The notes under the pieces were generated by a model. That model was not told where the DNA came from. It ran no database searches and worked only from the letters and a program-made list of their open reading frames with translations. The translations under genes and the position numbers were made by a program. Below, one piece after another: positions 1 to 8,167 of a stretch of DNA of 64,000 bases. The stretch comes from Candidatus Omnitrophota bacterium (GTDB lineage Bacteria > Omnitrophota > Gorgyraeia > 2-01-FULL-45-10): positions 3,410-67,409 of the forward strand of contig JBAZUO010000006.1 of assembly GCA_041661345.1 (NCBI GenBank), written 5' to 3'. Position 1 is the first letter of the stretch. Every line of letters begins with the position of its first letter.

Positions 1-798
1 GATGGATCTGAACTCACTTATATCTCTCTGTAAAGGCCCGACAAAGACAAATGACTTATCCGTGTGCGCTTTGGCCAGAAACTTCACAAGCTCAAAGTCT
101 ATCCATTTATGTATTCCACCGATATATCCCACTACGGGATGTTTTATCGGCGTCATGTCTTCCGGTATTTTTACCCCTCCGGCATTTATTTTTTCATAAA
201 CGTCCATATTGACGCCGTAGGGAAAGACGTGAACATTAGAATTGTATTTTGAACACCGGTCATAAAGGTTCTTGGCTGTTACAAATACGATATCCGCTCT
301 CTTGAGGAGCTCGTCTTCGGTGCGTTTTATATTTCTGGCTTGGGGTGAACTCGCCATAAAATTATCGATACAGTAATAGACGATCAGCTTGTTATCAATG
401 GCATCTACGATATCGAGAACAATGCCGGTAGGTAAAAATGTCCAAATGATGGGATTCGAAAAACCCACGGATTTAAGCCATCGCCGCAGCACCGGCAACA
501 TCATATAGCCGTTAAGCTTACGCGCAACCCTTGAATAAGGAAACGGCAGTATCAGCGGCGAATAAATGTAGAGATTTTCTTTTTCTTTCCGTATACCCTT
601 TACACTGTGAAGCCAATTCCGTACCCTTTTCTTCAACCTTGACAGATCTTTTAAGTTCGGAGGCCTGACGCCCGTATTTTCCACAAAAAGCACCCTGTTG
701 CCATTTGACGCCAGTGCCGACATTATCTCCTGGTGCCCTTGCCATATAAAATCCCAGTCTATGCTGGAAATGCATATTATATTTTCATTTTGAAGCAT
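1..798 (-). CDS. Glycosyltransferase, GT4/GT-B type; first 266 codons only (C-terminus lies beyond the window start)
   Basis: Absent from the supplied ORF track because it runs off the edge. Hand translation of the reverse complement from ATG 798..796 gives MLQNENIICISSIDWDFIWQGHQEIMSALASNGNRVLFVENTGVRPPNLKDL...PVVGYIGGIHKWIDFELVKFLAKAHTDKSFVFVGPLQRD... The frame has no stop down to position 1. The pattern is typical of TuaH/GT4-like enzymes. AGGTG lies 5 nt upstream of the ATG. Track ORF 518..775(-) is an out-of-frame shadow of this gene. Confidence 0.7.
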   Translation of the reverse strand, partial: MLQNENIICISSIDWDFIWQGHQEIMSALASNGNRVLFVENTGVRPPNLKDLSRLKKRVRNWLHSVKGIRKEKENLYIYSPLILPFPYSRVARKLNGYMMLPVLRRWLKSVGFSNPIIWTFLPTGIVLDIVDAIDNKLIVYYCIDNFMASSPQARNIKRTEDELLKRADIVFVTAKNLYDRCSKYNSNVHVFPYGVNMDVYEKINAGGVKIPEDMTPIKHPVVGYIGGIHKWIDFELVKFLAKAHTDKSFVFVGPLQRDISEFRSI

Positions 799-823
799 AA
801 GGACACCTGCCGGTTAAGTTCTA

Positions 824-853
824 TTGGTCAACGAGGCCGCTGTGTGCTATATT
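824..853 (+). promoter_or_regulatory. Weak candidate promoter for the 893 gene (TTGGTC-18-TATATT)
   Basis: Plus strand has TTGGTC (824..829), an 18-nt spacer and TATATT (848..853). It overlaps the opposite-strand promoter. Both the spacer and the boxes are sub-optimal. Confidence 0.25.
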
Positions 854-879
854 ATACTAAAATAATAGTACGTAAGCAA
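851..879 (-). promoter_or_regulatory. Putative sigma70-type promoter for the 798->1 glycosyltransferase gene (TTGCTT-17-TATAAT)
   Basis: The reverse complement reads TTGCTT acgtactattattttag TATAAT. The -35 box is at 879..874 and the -10 box at 856..851. A leader of about 50 nt follows, containing AGGTG before ATG 798. Confidence 0.4.
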
Positions 880-892
880 GAAAGAGCTATCG

Positions 893-1924
893 ATGCTTAA
901 AAATATAATATTAATCGTTATCAGCCTGATACTATTTTTTGCGCTGTTGGAGACAGGCGCCGCTATATATATTAAGTTGTCTTCGACGAAGCTAGCCCCA
1001 TTGACTGAAGATTTTGCCGAAACGCCTGATTCGCCCCATCTTTTCGACCGAGAGGTAGGTTACAGATTAAAACCTGTTTACTCGGATAAAAATATAAAAA
1101 CAAATTCCATGGGGTTCAGAAGCTCGCGTGATTTTGATTTCAAGGATGCGCAGCGCAAACGCGTTATGATATTAGGCGACTCGATGGCGTTCGGGTATAG
1201 GCTTGAGCAGAAAAACGTTTTTTCCGAAATACTAAACGATAAAAATATAGGATTTGATTTCGTCAATACCAGCGTTATCGGTTATACTACGGCGCAAGAA
1301 TACCTGACGTTGAAGAAATATATTGATATAATAAAACCCGAAATAATTATCCTTTTCTATTATCAGGCGAACGATATATGGGAAAACTGCAGGAATGATT
1401 GTTTTCACCCTAAGGCATATTTGAGTAACGGCAGGCTGGCTATAGCCGGTGTAAAAAAACATAGCGGGACTGCTTTTTATAAACGCTCCAATTTTTACAG
1501 ATTGCTCGATAAGCGAATATTGCAGGGAATGGACTTACAATATTTTATTCAAAGGCTGGATTTCGGGATAAGGGGTAAAAATTCCGTTGTCTGGAAAACA
1601 ATGAGAGAAATCTTAAGCGAGATAGGGGGTATCGCCCGTCGAAGAAATATCAAGGTCATAGTTATAGATATTCCTACCATAAATCAGGTCAAAAAACCTT
1701 CGGGAAGCAGGGCCCGCCAGAACCTGCTGGTGAAGGCTTGTGAGGAAGAAAAATTTTTGTACTACGACCTTCTTCTCTATTATCCCGATGATCGCAAAGA
1801 GCTGTTCTGCGACTGGAAATACGACGCCCATTGGAATAAAAATGGCCAGCAGTTCATAGCGTCATTTATTGAAAAAATATTTTCTGAGAATAAACTTTTA
1901 CACGGTAAGCATGAAAACAAATGA
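893..1924 (+). CDS. Membrane-anchored SGNH/GDSL-family hydrolase (possible glycan O-acyl esterase/transferase)
   Basis: 343 aa. N-terminal TM helix (IILIVISLILFFALLETGAAIYI). SGNH blocks present: ILGDSMAFGY (block I), QANDIWEN (block III), DAHWNKNGQ (block V, DxxH). Confidence 0.75.
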   Translation: MLKNIILIVISLILFFALLETGAAIYIKLSSTKLAPLTEDFAETPDSPHLFDREVGYRLKPVYSDKNIKTNSMGFRSSRDFDFKDAQRKRVMILGDSMAFGYRLEQKNVFSEILNDKNIGFDFVNTSVIGYTTAQEYLTLKKYIDIIKPEIIILFYYQANDIWENCRNDCFHPKAYLSNGRLAIAGVKKHSGTAFYKRSNFYRLLDKRILQGMDLQYFIQRLDFGIRGKNSVVWKTMREILSEIGGIARRRNIKVIVIDIPTINQVKKPSGSRARQNLLVKACEEEKFLYYDLLLYYPDDRKELFCDWKYDAHWNKNGQQFIASFIEKIFSENKLLHGKHENK

Positions 1925-3376
1925 TCTATGAACCGCCTTTTTCCATGATTCCTTCAAGCTTCTCATCATCTTGTTTCCGAGAACGATATTTAAAATATAA
2001 AAGAATACCGGAATGGATTTTATTTTCAAGGTAAATACGGTATCCAATATTTTATATAGCGGCTTAAGGCCTTTATAAACATTATATTCAAACCAAATAT
2101 AATTTGAAATTATCTGGCGTTTCGTGAACTCGGGCATATCCAGCGCAGCCCTCGCCCTCTCATTTCTAATATCGAGAGGCCGCTTAATCAGCCCTCTTTC
2201 CTCCGCCGACTTATATAACTCCGTACCCGGATACGGGAAAAAAATACTCAGCATGTAATGGTCCGGCTGGCATATTCTGGAAACACGGATGGTATCTTTA
2301 AAATCCTCCGCCGTTTCGCCGGGAATACCCATTAAAATATAAAATATGACTCTTATGCCATATTTTTTGGCTGACCGGACGGCTCTGAATATATCTTCAT
2401 TTGAATAATTCCTTTTCAATACGCCTCTCCTGATATTTTCATTCCCGGACTCAAGTCCGATATTTATAAAATCGAACCCGCATTTTTTCATTGTACTCAA
2501 AAGGTCTTCCGCATCTATCCCGGGCGTGATCCTTAAATTTGTACCAAATGATAACGGTTCGATCAATTCACGATTCAATTCCTCAAGCTTCGCGCAAAGC
2601 TTCTTGGCCCATTCTATATCAAGGCCAAAAGTTTCTACCTCCAAGTATATCTTTTTCACATCCCTGTTAACGAGGATCGTATCTCTTATCTCTTGTATGA
2701 TATTATCCGCGGATCTCAGCCTCACATAATCGCCGCTTGCTATTTTTCTTAAGGCATGATTACAGCAATATGCGCACAAAAAAGGGCACCCGCGTCCGAG
2801 TAAAACGGTAAAAAACTCCTTCGGCTTCTCGATCCATCGGTCCCATAATGACGTGTCGGGATAAGGCAGTATATCGATCTTCTTTAAAAATGGCCGGGTT
2901 ATATTCTTTTCGAAATTCCCACCCTTCCTGATCCAAAGGTTAGAAATACCGGACGGCGCAATATTGCCCTCCAGCTGTTTTACCAGTTCGAGAGTCGCCT
3001 CTTCCCCTTCCCCGACGCATATTGCATCGAAAGGAGCCGCAATACAGCTTTCCGGGTTTAGAGAAACGTGAGGGCCTCCTATTAACTGAAATATCCCGGG
3101 ATATCTTTTTTTTATATATTTTGCCGCATCAGTAATAAAAGCATATTCTGAAAATACGGCCGTAAAGCATATTAGGCGCGGGGAGGTTTTTTTGATAATT
3201 CTGTCTATGGCTATGAATCGCGTCTTCTTTGTTAGCACCGCCAGCTCGGTATCATGCCCTTCTTTTTTTAAAAAAGATGATATATATGAAATACCGAACG
3301 GTATGTCGGCGCGGGTAAGCAGAGGCTTATCCGGAGAGAAGGCGTCTTTAAGCGAATAAATGAACAGCACGTTCAT
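1898..3376 (-). CDS. Class B (cobalamin-binding-domain) radical SAM enzyme, paralog 1
   Basis: 492 aa. N-terminal Rossmann-type B12-binding-like domain (LIGGPHVSLNPE...ICVGEGEEATLELV) followed by GRGCPFLCAYC (CxxxCxxC). The 3' end overlaps the 893..1924 gene convergently by 27 nt. Confidence 0.9.
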   Translation of the reverse strand: MNVLFIYSLKDAFSPDKPLLTRADIPFGISYISSFLKKEGHDTELAVLTKKTRFIAIDRIIKKTSPRLICFTAVFSEYAFITDAAKYIKKRYPGIFQLIGGPHVSLNPESCIAAPFDAICVGEGEEATLELVKQLEGNIAPSGISNLWIRKGGNFEKNITRPFLKKIDILPYPDTSLWDRWIEKPKEFFTVLLGRGCPFLCAYCCNHALRKIASGDYVRLRSADNIIQEIRDTILVNRDVKKIYLEVETFGLDIEWAKKLCAKLEELNRELIEPLSFGTNLRITPGIDAEDLLSTMKKCGFDFINIGLESGNENIRRGVLKRNYSNEDIFRAVRSAKKYGIRVIFYILMGIPGETAEDFKDTIRVSRICQPDHYMLSIFFPYPGTELYKSAEERGLIKRPLDIRNERARAALDMPEFTKRQIISNYIWFEYNVYKGLKPLYKILDTVFTLKIKSIPVFFYILNIVLGNKMMRSLKESWKKAVHRSFVFMLTV

Positions 3377-3394
3377 TGTATTTATACGTATCCT

Positions 3395-5509
3395 TTAATT
3401 AAATACGCGCGGTTTTTTTACCGCGCTTTCATATATGCTGGAGGCGGCATCCACCATCTGTTTTACAAAAAATTTCTTTTCATAAACCAAGCGGCCGTTT
3501 TCTCCGAGCCTTTTGGCAAATAACGCATCTTTCAGCAATACGATAATAGCGTCAGCCATGGCACGCGGATCTCTGGGTTCTACTAAAAGGCCGTTCTCCT
3601 TATCTGTAATGAGCTCCGGTATACCGCCTACATTTGTTGCTATGACAGGTTTTTTTAATATCATCGCTTCTATTATCACCTGGCCCAGCCCTTCCGAAAG
3701 AGAAGGAAGCACAGTCATATCGCTTAAATATAACAACGCGTTTTTTTCTTCCTCTCCCAAATGGCCCGTAAAAAGCGTATTTTTATCTACCCCTAAACGA
3801 TTCACTTCGCTCTCGAGGCTTTTTCGCTCCGGCCCGTCGCCGATAAAAAAGAATCTTGTTCTTGGAAATTGTTCGAGTACAAAGGGTATGCTTCTTATCA
3901 GATAGATCAGTCCCTTTATGGAATATAAATTGGCTATACAGCTTACAAGCCTTTCTTCCGGATTTATCAAATAACGTCGCCGGGCATCTTCCGTTCCGCT
4001 CACCTCTATTTCCGGCAACCCGCAGTAAATAACTTTTATCTTTTTTGGATTTACATTTATTCCGGGCCGTTCATGTAAATCATTTTTTACAGCCGATGAG
4101 ACTGCTATCACATGCCTTGCGGAAATATAAACAGCTCTATAAATAAGGGATAGTATGGATTTTCTGACGCGCTTTATGATATTTTTCCCGTCGTTGAAGA
4201 AATTGTAACCGACTACGGTGGCTATATATATCCTATTCTTTATGATAGCCGCTATCGCAGCGCAAAAATCGCTCGTGAAGAGTTTTGAATGCACAATATC
4301 GATATCTTCCTTCTCTATAATGGATGCCACAGCCCTTATCGCGCTGATACTGAAAAATGTCTTTACGCGTAATTCGTAGACCTGTTTTGCATATCTCCTG
4401 TATATTCCGACCATCTTCCCGCCGGCAGGGCATACGAGGTATGGCTCATATTTATCCGGATCGATGTACTTCATCAGGCGCGCAAGTTCGGTTTCGGAGC
4501 CTCCTATTTCGGAGGAATCGATAACATATAATATTTTCAGTCTTTTTGCGGAGGAGACACATTGCCCGTCCTCTAAGTGCATGCCGGCCACGCTGGTATG
4601 CTTACCAATTATCCATCGGGAAGCTCTTAAAGGCAGGATCGCAATGAAAGAGACGAGGCAGAGCCTGAAGATATTTTTACGAAGCGCCGCGCACTCCTTG
4701 AGGGCATCAAAAGCACTTCTTTTATCACCTTCATTTAAGTATGCTAATACCATCGTGCACTTATAACTCGCCGACATATGCGCTATCTTGCTCAACGCGG
4801 ATTTGTCCTTTTTTATCTCAACATCCGCAAGATATGAATCCATTATCGCGTTCAGCTCTCTCAACATCAGGGTCCTCTTCCTGCTATGGCTTGCGGCGTG
4901 AACCCTGTATTTCACAAGGACTTCATCTATATAATCGATTTCGTGCTTTCTGGCTATTTTCAGAAAGAGATCCCAGTCTTCGGCCACTATAAACTTCTTG
5001 TCGAAAAGTCCGGCGTCCAGCAGGATATCCTTCCTGGTTATTGCGGTCATGACCGGAATAAAATCCGCCTTCAGGAGATCGTAGAACGCATGGCCGCGCT
5101 TCGGGGGCTCAATATCAAAAATGGTACGGTTCCTTATCCCGCCCTCGTCCAATATGACGCTGTTCGAATATACGAGGCCAACGCCGGGGTTTGCCTCAAA
5201 CATACGCATCTGTTTTTCCAGCTTTGTAGGCAGCCATATGTCGTCGTGGTCCAGGAAAGCGATGAACTCGCCCCGGGCCTCCAGGATTGCCTTATTGCGG
5301 GCGGCAGCTATACCCTGATTCTCCTGACGGAATAATCTTATCTTCTCCCCGTACAGCTTCCATATCTCTTCGTAAGCGCCGTCAGTAGAGCCGTCATCGA
5401 CGACAATTATCTCGTAGTCCTTGCGGGTTTGAGCAAGAACGCTGTCGATCGTCTCGACTATGAATTTTTTCCCGTTATATAACGGTATGACAACGCTTAT
5501 CTTGGGCAT
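3395..5509 (-). CDS. Two-domain glycosyltransferase: N-terminal GT2 + C-terminal GT4
   Basis: 704 aa. GT2 signatures: SVVIPLYNGKKFIVETIDSVLAQT, VVDDGSTDG, FLDHDD. Hydrophobic linker: LCLVSFIAILPL. GT4 signature near the C-terminus: SLSEGLGQVIIEAMILKKPVIATNVGGIPELI. Confidence 0.85.
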   Translation of the reverse strand: MPKISVVIPLYNGKKFIVETIDSVLAQTRKDYEIIVVDDGSTDGAYEEIWKLYGEKIRLFRQENQGIAAARNKAILEARGEFIAFLDHDDIWLPTKLEKQMRMFEANPGVGLVYSNSVILDEGGIRNRTIFDIEPPKRGHAFYDLLKADFIPVMTAITRKDILLDAGLFDKKFIVAEDWDLFLKIARKHEIDYIDEVLVKYRVHAASHSRKRTLMLRELNAIMDSYLADVEIKKDKSALSKIAHMSASYKCTMVLAYLNEGDKRSAFDALKECAALRKNIFRLCLVSFIAILPLRASRWIIGKHTSVAGMHLEDGQCVSSAKRLKILYVIDSSEIGGSETELARLMKYIDPDKYEPYLVCPAGGKMVGIYRRYAKQVYELRVKTFFSISAIRAVASIIEKEDIDIVHSKLFTSDFCAAIAAIIKNRIYIATVVGYNFFNDGKNIIKRVRKSILSLIYRAVYISARHVIAVSSAVKNDLHERPGINVNPKKIKVIYCGLPEIEVSGTEDARRRYLINPEERLVSCIANLYSIKGLIYLIRSIPFVLEQFPRTRFFFIGDGPERKSLESEVNRLGVDKNTLFTGHLGEEEKNALLYLSDMTVLPSLSEGLGQVIIEAMILKKPVIATNVGGIPELITDKENGLLVEPRDPRAMADAIIVLLKDALFAKRLGENGRLVYEKKFFVKQMVDAASSIYESAVKKPRVFN

Positions 5510-6645
5510 TACCTGCTTACACCCTTAAAAAAATTTTTTATCGAAGATATGATCCTTGTCGCATCTTCGTCGCTCATCCCATAATAAAGCGGCAGCGTAA
5601 GTATCTGGAGCGCCACTTTCTCGGTAACTGGCAGTTTGCCGCTTGCGGCTTTATAAAACGGCTGCATATGATTAGGTAAGTAATGAACGCCCGTTTCTAT
5701 GCCTCTTCTTTTCAGGTATGCCATCAGGAGGACTCTTCTGCGATCCTTTATCTTAACGATATAATTGAACGGAGCGATCTTTCGATAGTCCTTTTCGATA
5801 AGGCCTATTCCGCCTATCCGTTTCAAGCCCTTATCGTACATTGCGGCTATCTCCCTGCGCCGATCCAGAAAGATATCTATTTTCCCGAGCTGCTCCAATC
5901 CTATGGCGGCGTTCATATTGCTCATATGATACCGGTATCCAAGTTCCTTTACCTCATAAAACCACGACCTTTTATGCTTATATCTGGACCAGGTGTCCTT
6001 ATCTATGCCAAGGATCCTCTTCCTTATAATTATCCTGGCAAGATCGTCATCATTCGTCGCGACTGCACCGCCCTCTCCGCATGTGATAACCTTTATCGGG
6101 TCAAAACTAAAACAGGCCGCGTCGCCGAACGAACCTATCTTCTTACCTTTATATGCGGAACCGAATGCGTGGGCCGCATCTTCTATAACATGCATATGCT
6201 TATCCTGAGCCAGGTTCAAAAGCGCATCCATATCACAGGGCAGGCCCGAATAATGAACCGGCAGGATCGCTCTTGTATTTTTCGTGATCTTTCCGGCCGC
6301 GTCATCTATATCGATATTGAGGGTATCCTCATCGACGTCGCAGAAAATCGCTTTTGCGCCACACATGGAGACCGCGTGCGCCGTCGCGACAAATGTCAGT
6401 GAGGGGACTATCACCTCATCGCCTGCGCCTATTCCATAACTTTCCAGAGCGATATGAAGAGCGGAGGTTCCCGTGTTAACCGCTATGACATTTCTGACGC
6501 CCAGATAATTCTTCAGGGCTTCTTCAAATTCGTGAACCACTGACCCCATTCCGAGCCACCCGGTATCGAAGACCCGCCTCACACAGGCAAGTTCCTTCGC
6601 ATCAAGATACGGTTTGGCACATGGAATATTAGAGTATTTTTTCAT
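5509..6645 (-). CDS. DegT/DnrJ/EryC1/StrS-family PLP-dependent sugar aminotransferase
   Basis: 378 aa. Motifs NTGTSALHIAL, ILPVHYSGLPCDMD and FSFDPIKVITCGEGGAV (Schiff-base lysine context). One-nt start/stop overlaps at both ends (TAATG, TGATG). Confidence 0.9.
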   Translation of the reverse strand: MKKYSNIPCAKPYLDAKELACVRRVFDTGWLGMGSVVHEFEEALKNYLGVRNVIAVNTGTSALHIALESYGIGAGDEVIVPSLTFVATAHAVSMCGAKAIFCDVDEDTLNIDIDDAAGKITKNTRAILPVHYSGLPCDMDALLNLAQDKHMHVIEDAAHAFGSAYKGKKIGSFGDAACFSFDPIKVITCGEGGAVATNDDDLARIIIRKRILGIDKDTWSRYKHKRSWFYEVKELGYRYHMSNMNAAIGLEQLGKIDIFLDRRREIAAMYDKGLKRIGGIGLIEKDYRKIAPFNYIVKIKDRRRVLLMAYLKRRGIETGVHYLPNHMQPFYKAASGKLPVTEKVALQILTLPLYYGMSDEDATRIISSIKNFFKGVSR

Positions 6646-7409
6646 CAGGCATTGACCCCCTCACACCAATATACGTCCCATCTCGTTTTTTTCTCCAAAA
6701 AACCTTCGCTGATCCGGGGAAATCCCGCGGCCTTCATAACACGATCAAAATCATGCCGATTGCGCAAATATCCCCAGAACTGCCCGCGTTCTTTAATGCC
6801 GAGCGCATCGAATATCGAGGCCGCCAGGTCTTTCGCCGGCTTTGCTATTTTTTTAATCAGGCTGTCAGCATTTTTTTCGAAATCGAACGACACGCTTATC
6901 ATCAAGCAGGTGCCGCCCGGCAATAAATACCTCTTTACCGATTTCAATACATCAGACAATTGCTCCTGGTTGAAGAAGTATTCCGCGGCCGAGAGATATA
7001 TACACCGATAAAGGCGGTCATTCGGCAGACATTCCGGGAAGAGGCCTATATGCGCCCTCTCGGCGGCAATGTGCGGCAATATCCAGCGTAAAGGGTCTTG
7101 CGAAACTTCCGTCACCTCCAGATTATTAAATCCGGCATCTATCAGCACTTTTTCCACCACTCCCAGGCCGCATCCGATCGAAAGGATCCTGCCGTCTTTA
7201 TCCTCGCTGTGGCGGTCTACGATAAAACTACCGACCTGCCGCTTCAAATCCATCCACTCTCTGTCGAGGTCATCCCATTTTTTATATTTTTCAAAAAATG
7301 CCTTATAGAAAGATGAATAGAAAGACGCATCGGCCATCTTGGACGAGGACGGTTTCGAAAATGTCTTGAAAGGAATGGCGTGCCACTCTGACTGATAAAT
7401 TTTCTTCAT
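6645..7409 (-). CDS. Class I SAM-dependent methyltransferase
   Basis: Motif I ILSIGCGLGVVE and post-I LLPGGTCLM. The track ORF starts at 7475. I prefer ATG 7409 (MKKIYQSEWH...) because it forms an ATGA overlap with the stop of the upstream kinase gene. Confidence 0.8.
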   Translation of the reverse strand: MKKIYQSEWHAIPFKTFSKPSSSKMADASFYSSFYKAFFEKYKKWDDLDREWMDLKRQVGSFIVDRHSEDKDGRILSIGCGLGVVEKVLIDAGFNNLEVTEVSQDPLRWILPHIAAERAHIGLFPECLPNDRLYRCIYLSAAEYFFNQEQLSDVLKSVKRYLLPGGTCLMISVSFDFEKNADSLIKKIAKPAKDLAASIFDALGIKERGQFWGYLRNRHDFDRVMKAAGFPRISEGFLEKKTRWDVYWCEGVNA

Positions 7410-8167
7410 ATCCGTTTTAATGCCTCCGAAACCTTGCCGTCTATTTCCGATATCTCGGCAGCCGTGAAATCGCATACCGGGAATTTACACGGGAATACCG
7501 ATATCTGGTTCCCCCATCTCTCGGCATTCCCATCTATAAAACCCCTCGTAAACCTAAGAGGGAATTTCGTCAACCCGGGATCTGATCTATTATCGGCATT
7601 GAGACGATCTATGTTTTCGGCGATGATATCCACCTCTTGCGGAGTGATCCGTCCGCCTCGCCGCCTCATGCCGAACCATAACGTCTCGAATAAAAGGTGA
7701 AGGGCATCGTATGCCCATGGTGCGCCGTCCCGGCTGAAATGTTCCCAATCTATGATGGTGACCTTCCCGGCATTTACAATAATATTATCTATCGAGAGGT
7801 CGCCGTGTAACGGGAAGCCGGCGCTTGAGGACCGGGGCCATGTTTCGCAATAATGGCTGACCGCCTTTCGAATTATATCGACGTTTTTTTCCAGACCGCA
7901 TCTATAGTCGGCCTTCCTGCCTTCAATAAATTTTATCTCGATCTTAAGGTACCCCTTCCCCTGCGCGGCTATTCTGCACAACGGATGCCCCGCGGAAGAT
8001 CCGATTGCTTCCTGGTACCAACCCCATCCTTCTATTTCCCGGTTCAGGTTTTCAATACCACACGGGGTCGAAGCGGTTTTGAATATCCTCTTTTCCCCGG
8101 CGCCGCCGGCTGCAAGATAAGTGGAGATTTCGCTCCCATGCGAACAGTTCCTGATCAACTCTATCAT
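7406..8167 (-). CDS. APH/choline-kinase-fold small-molecule kinase (phosphotransferase enzyme family)
   Basis: 253 aa. Brenner-type motif HGDLSIDNIIV followed by VTIIDWEHF (metal-binding Asp). Size and layout match aminoglycoside/choline/sugar kinases. Confidence 0.75.
   Translation of the reverse strand: MIELIRNCSHGSEISTYLAAGGAGEKRIFKTASTPCGIENLNREIEGWGWYQEAIGSSAGHPLCRIAAQGKGYLKIEIKFIEGRKADYRCGLEKNVDIIRKAVSHYCETWPRSSSAGFPLHGDLSIDNIIVNAGKVTIIDWEHFSRDGAPWAYDALHLLFETLWFGMRRRGGRITPQEVDIIAENIDRLNADNRSDPGLTKFPLRFTRGFIDGNAERWGNQISVFPCKFPVCDFTAAEISEIDGKVSEALKRI

Noticed and set aside
2-775. Track ORFs 2-199(+), 64-252(+) and 518-775(-) as genes.
   Set aside because: All three lie inside, and out of frame with or antisense to, the 266-codon GT4-like reading frame at 1-798(-). 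They have no recognisable motifs.
7406-8167. APH-fold kinase (and the AAC(3)-fold enzyme at 14519-15322) as acquired antibiotic-resistance genes.
   Set aside because: Both are translationally coupled (ATGA overlaps) to biosynthetic neighbours inside a long operon. No mobile-element context is present. A pathway role is more parsimonious.
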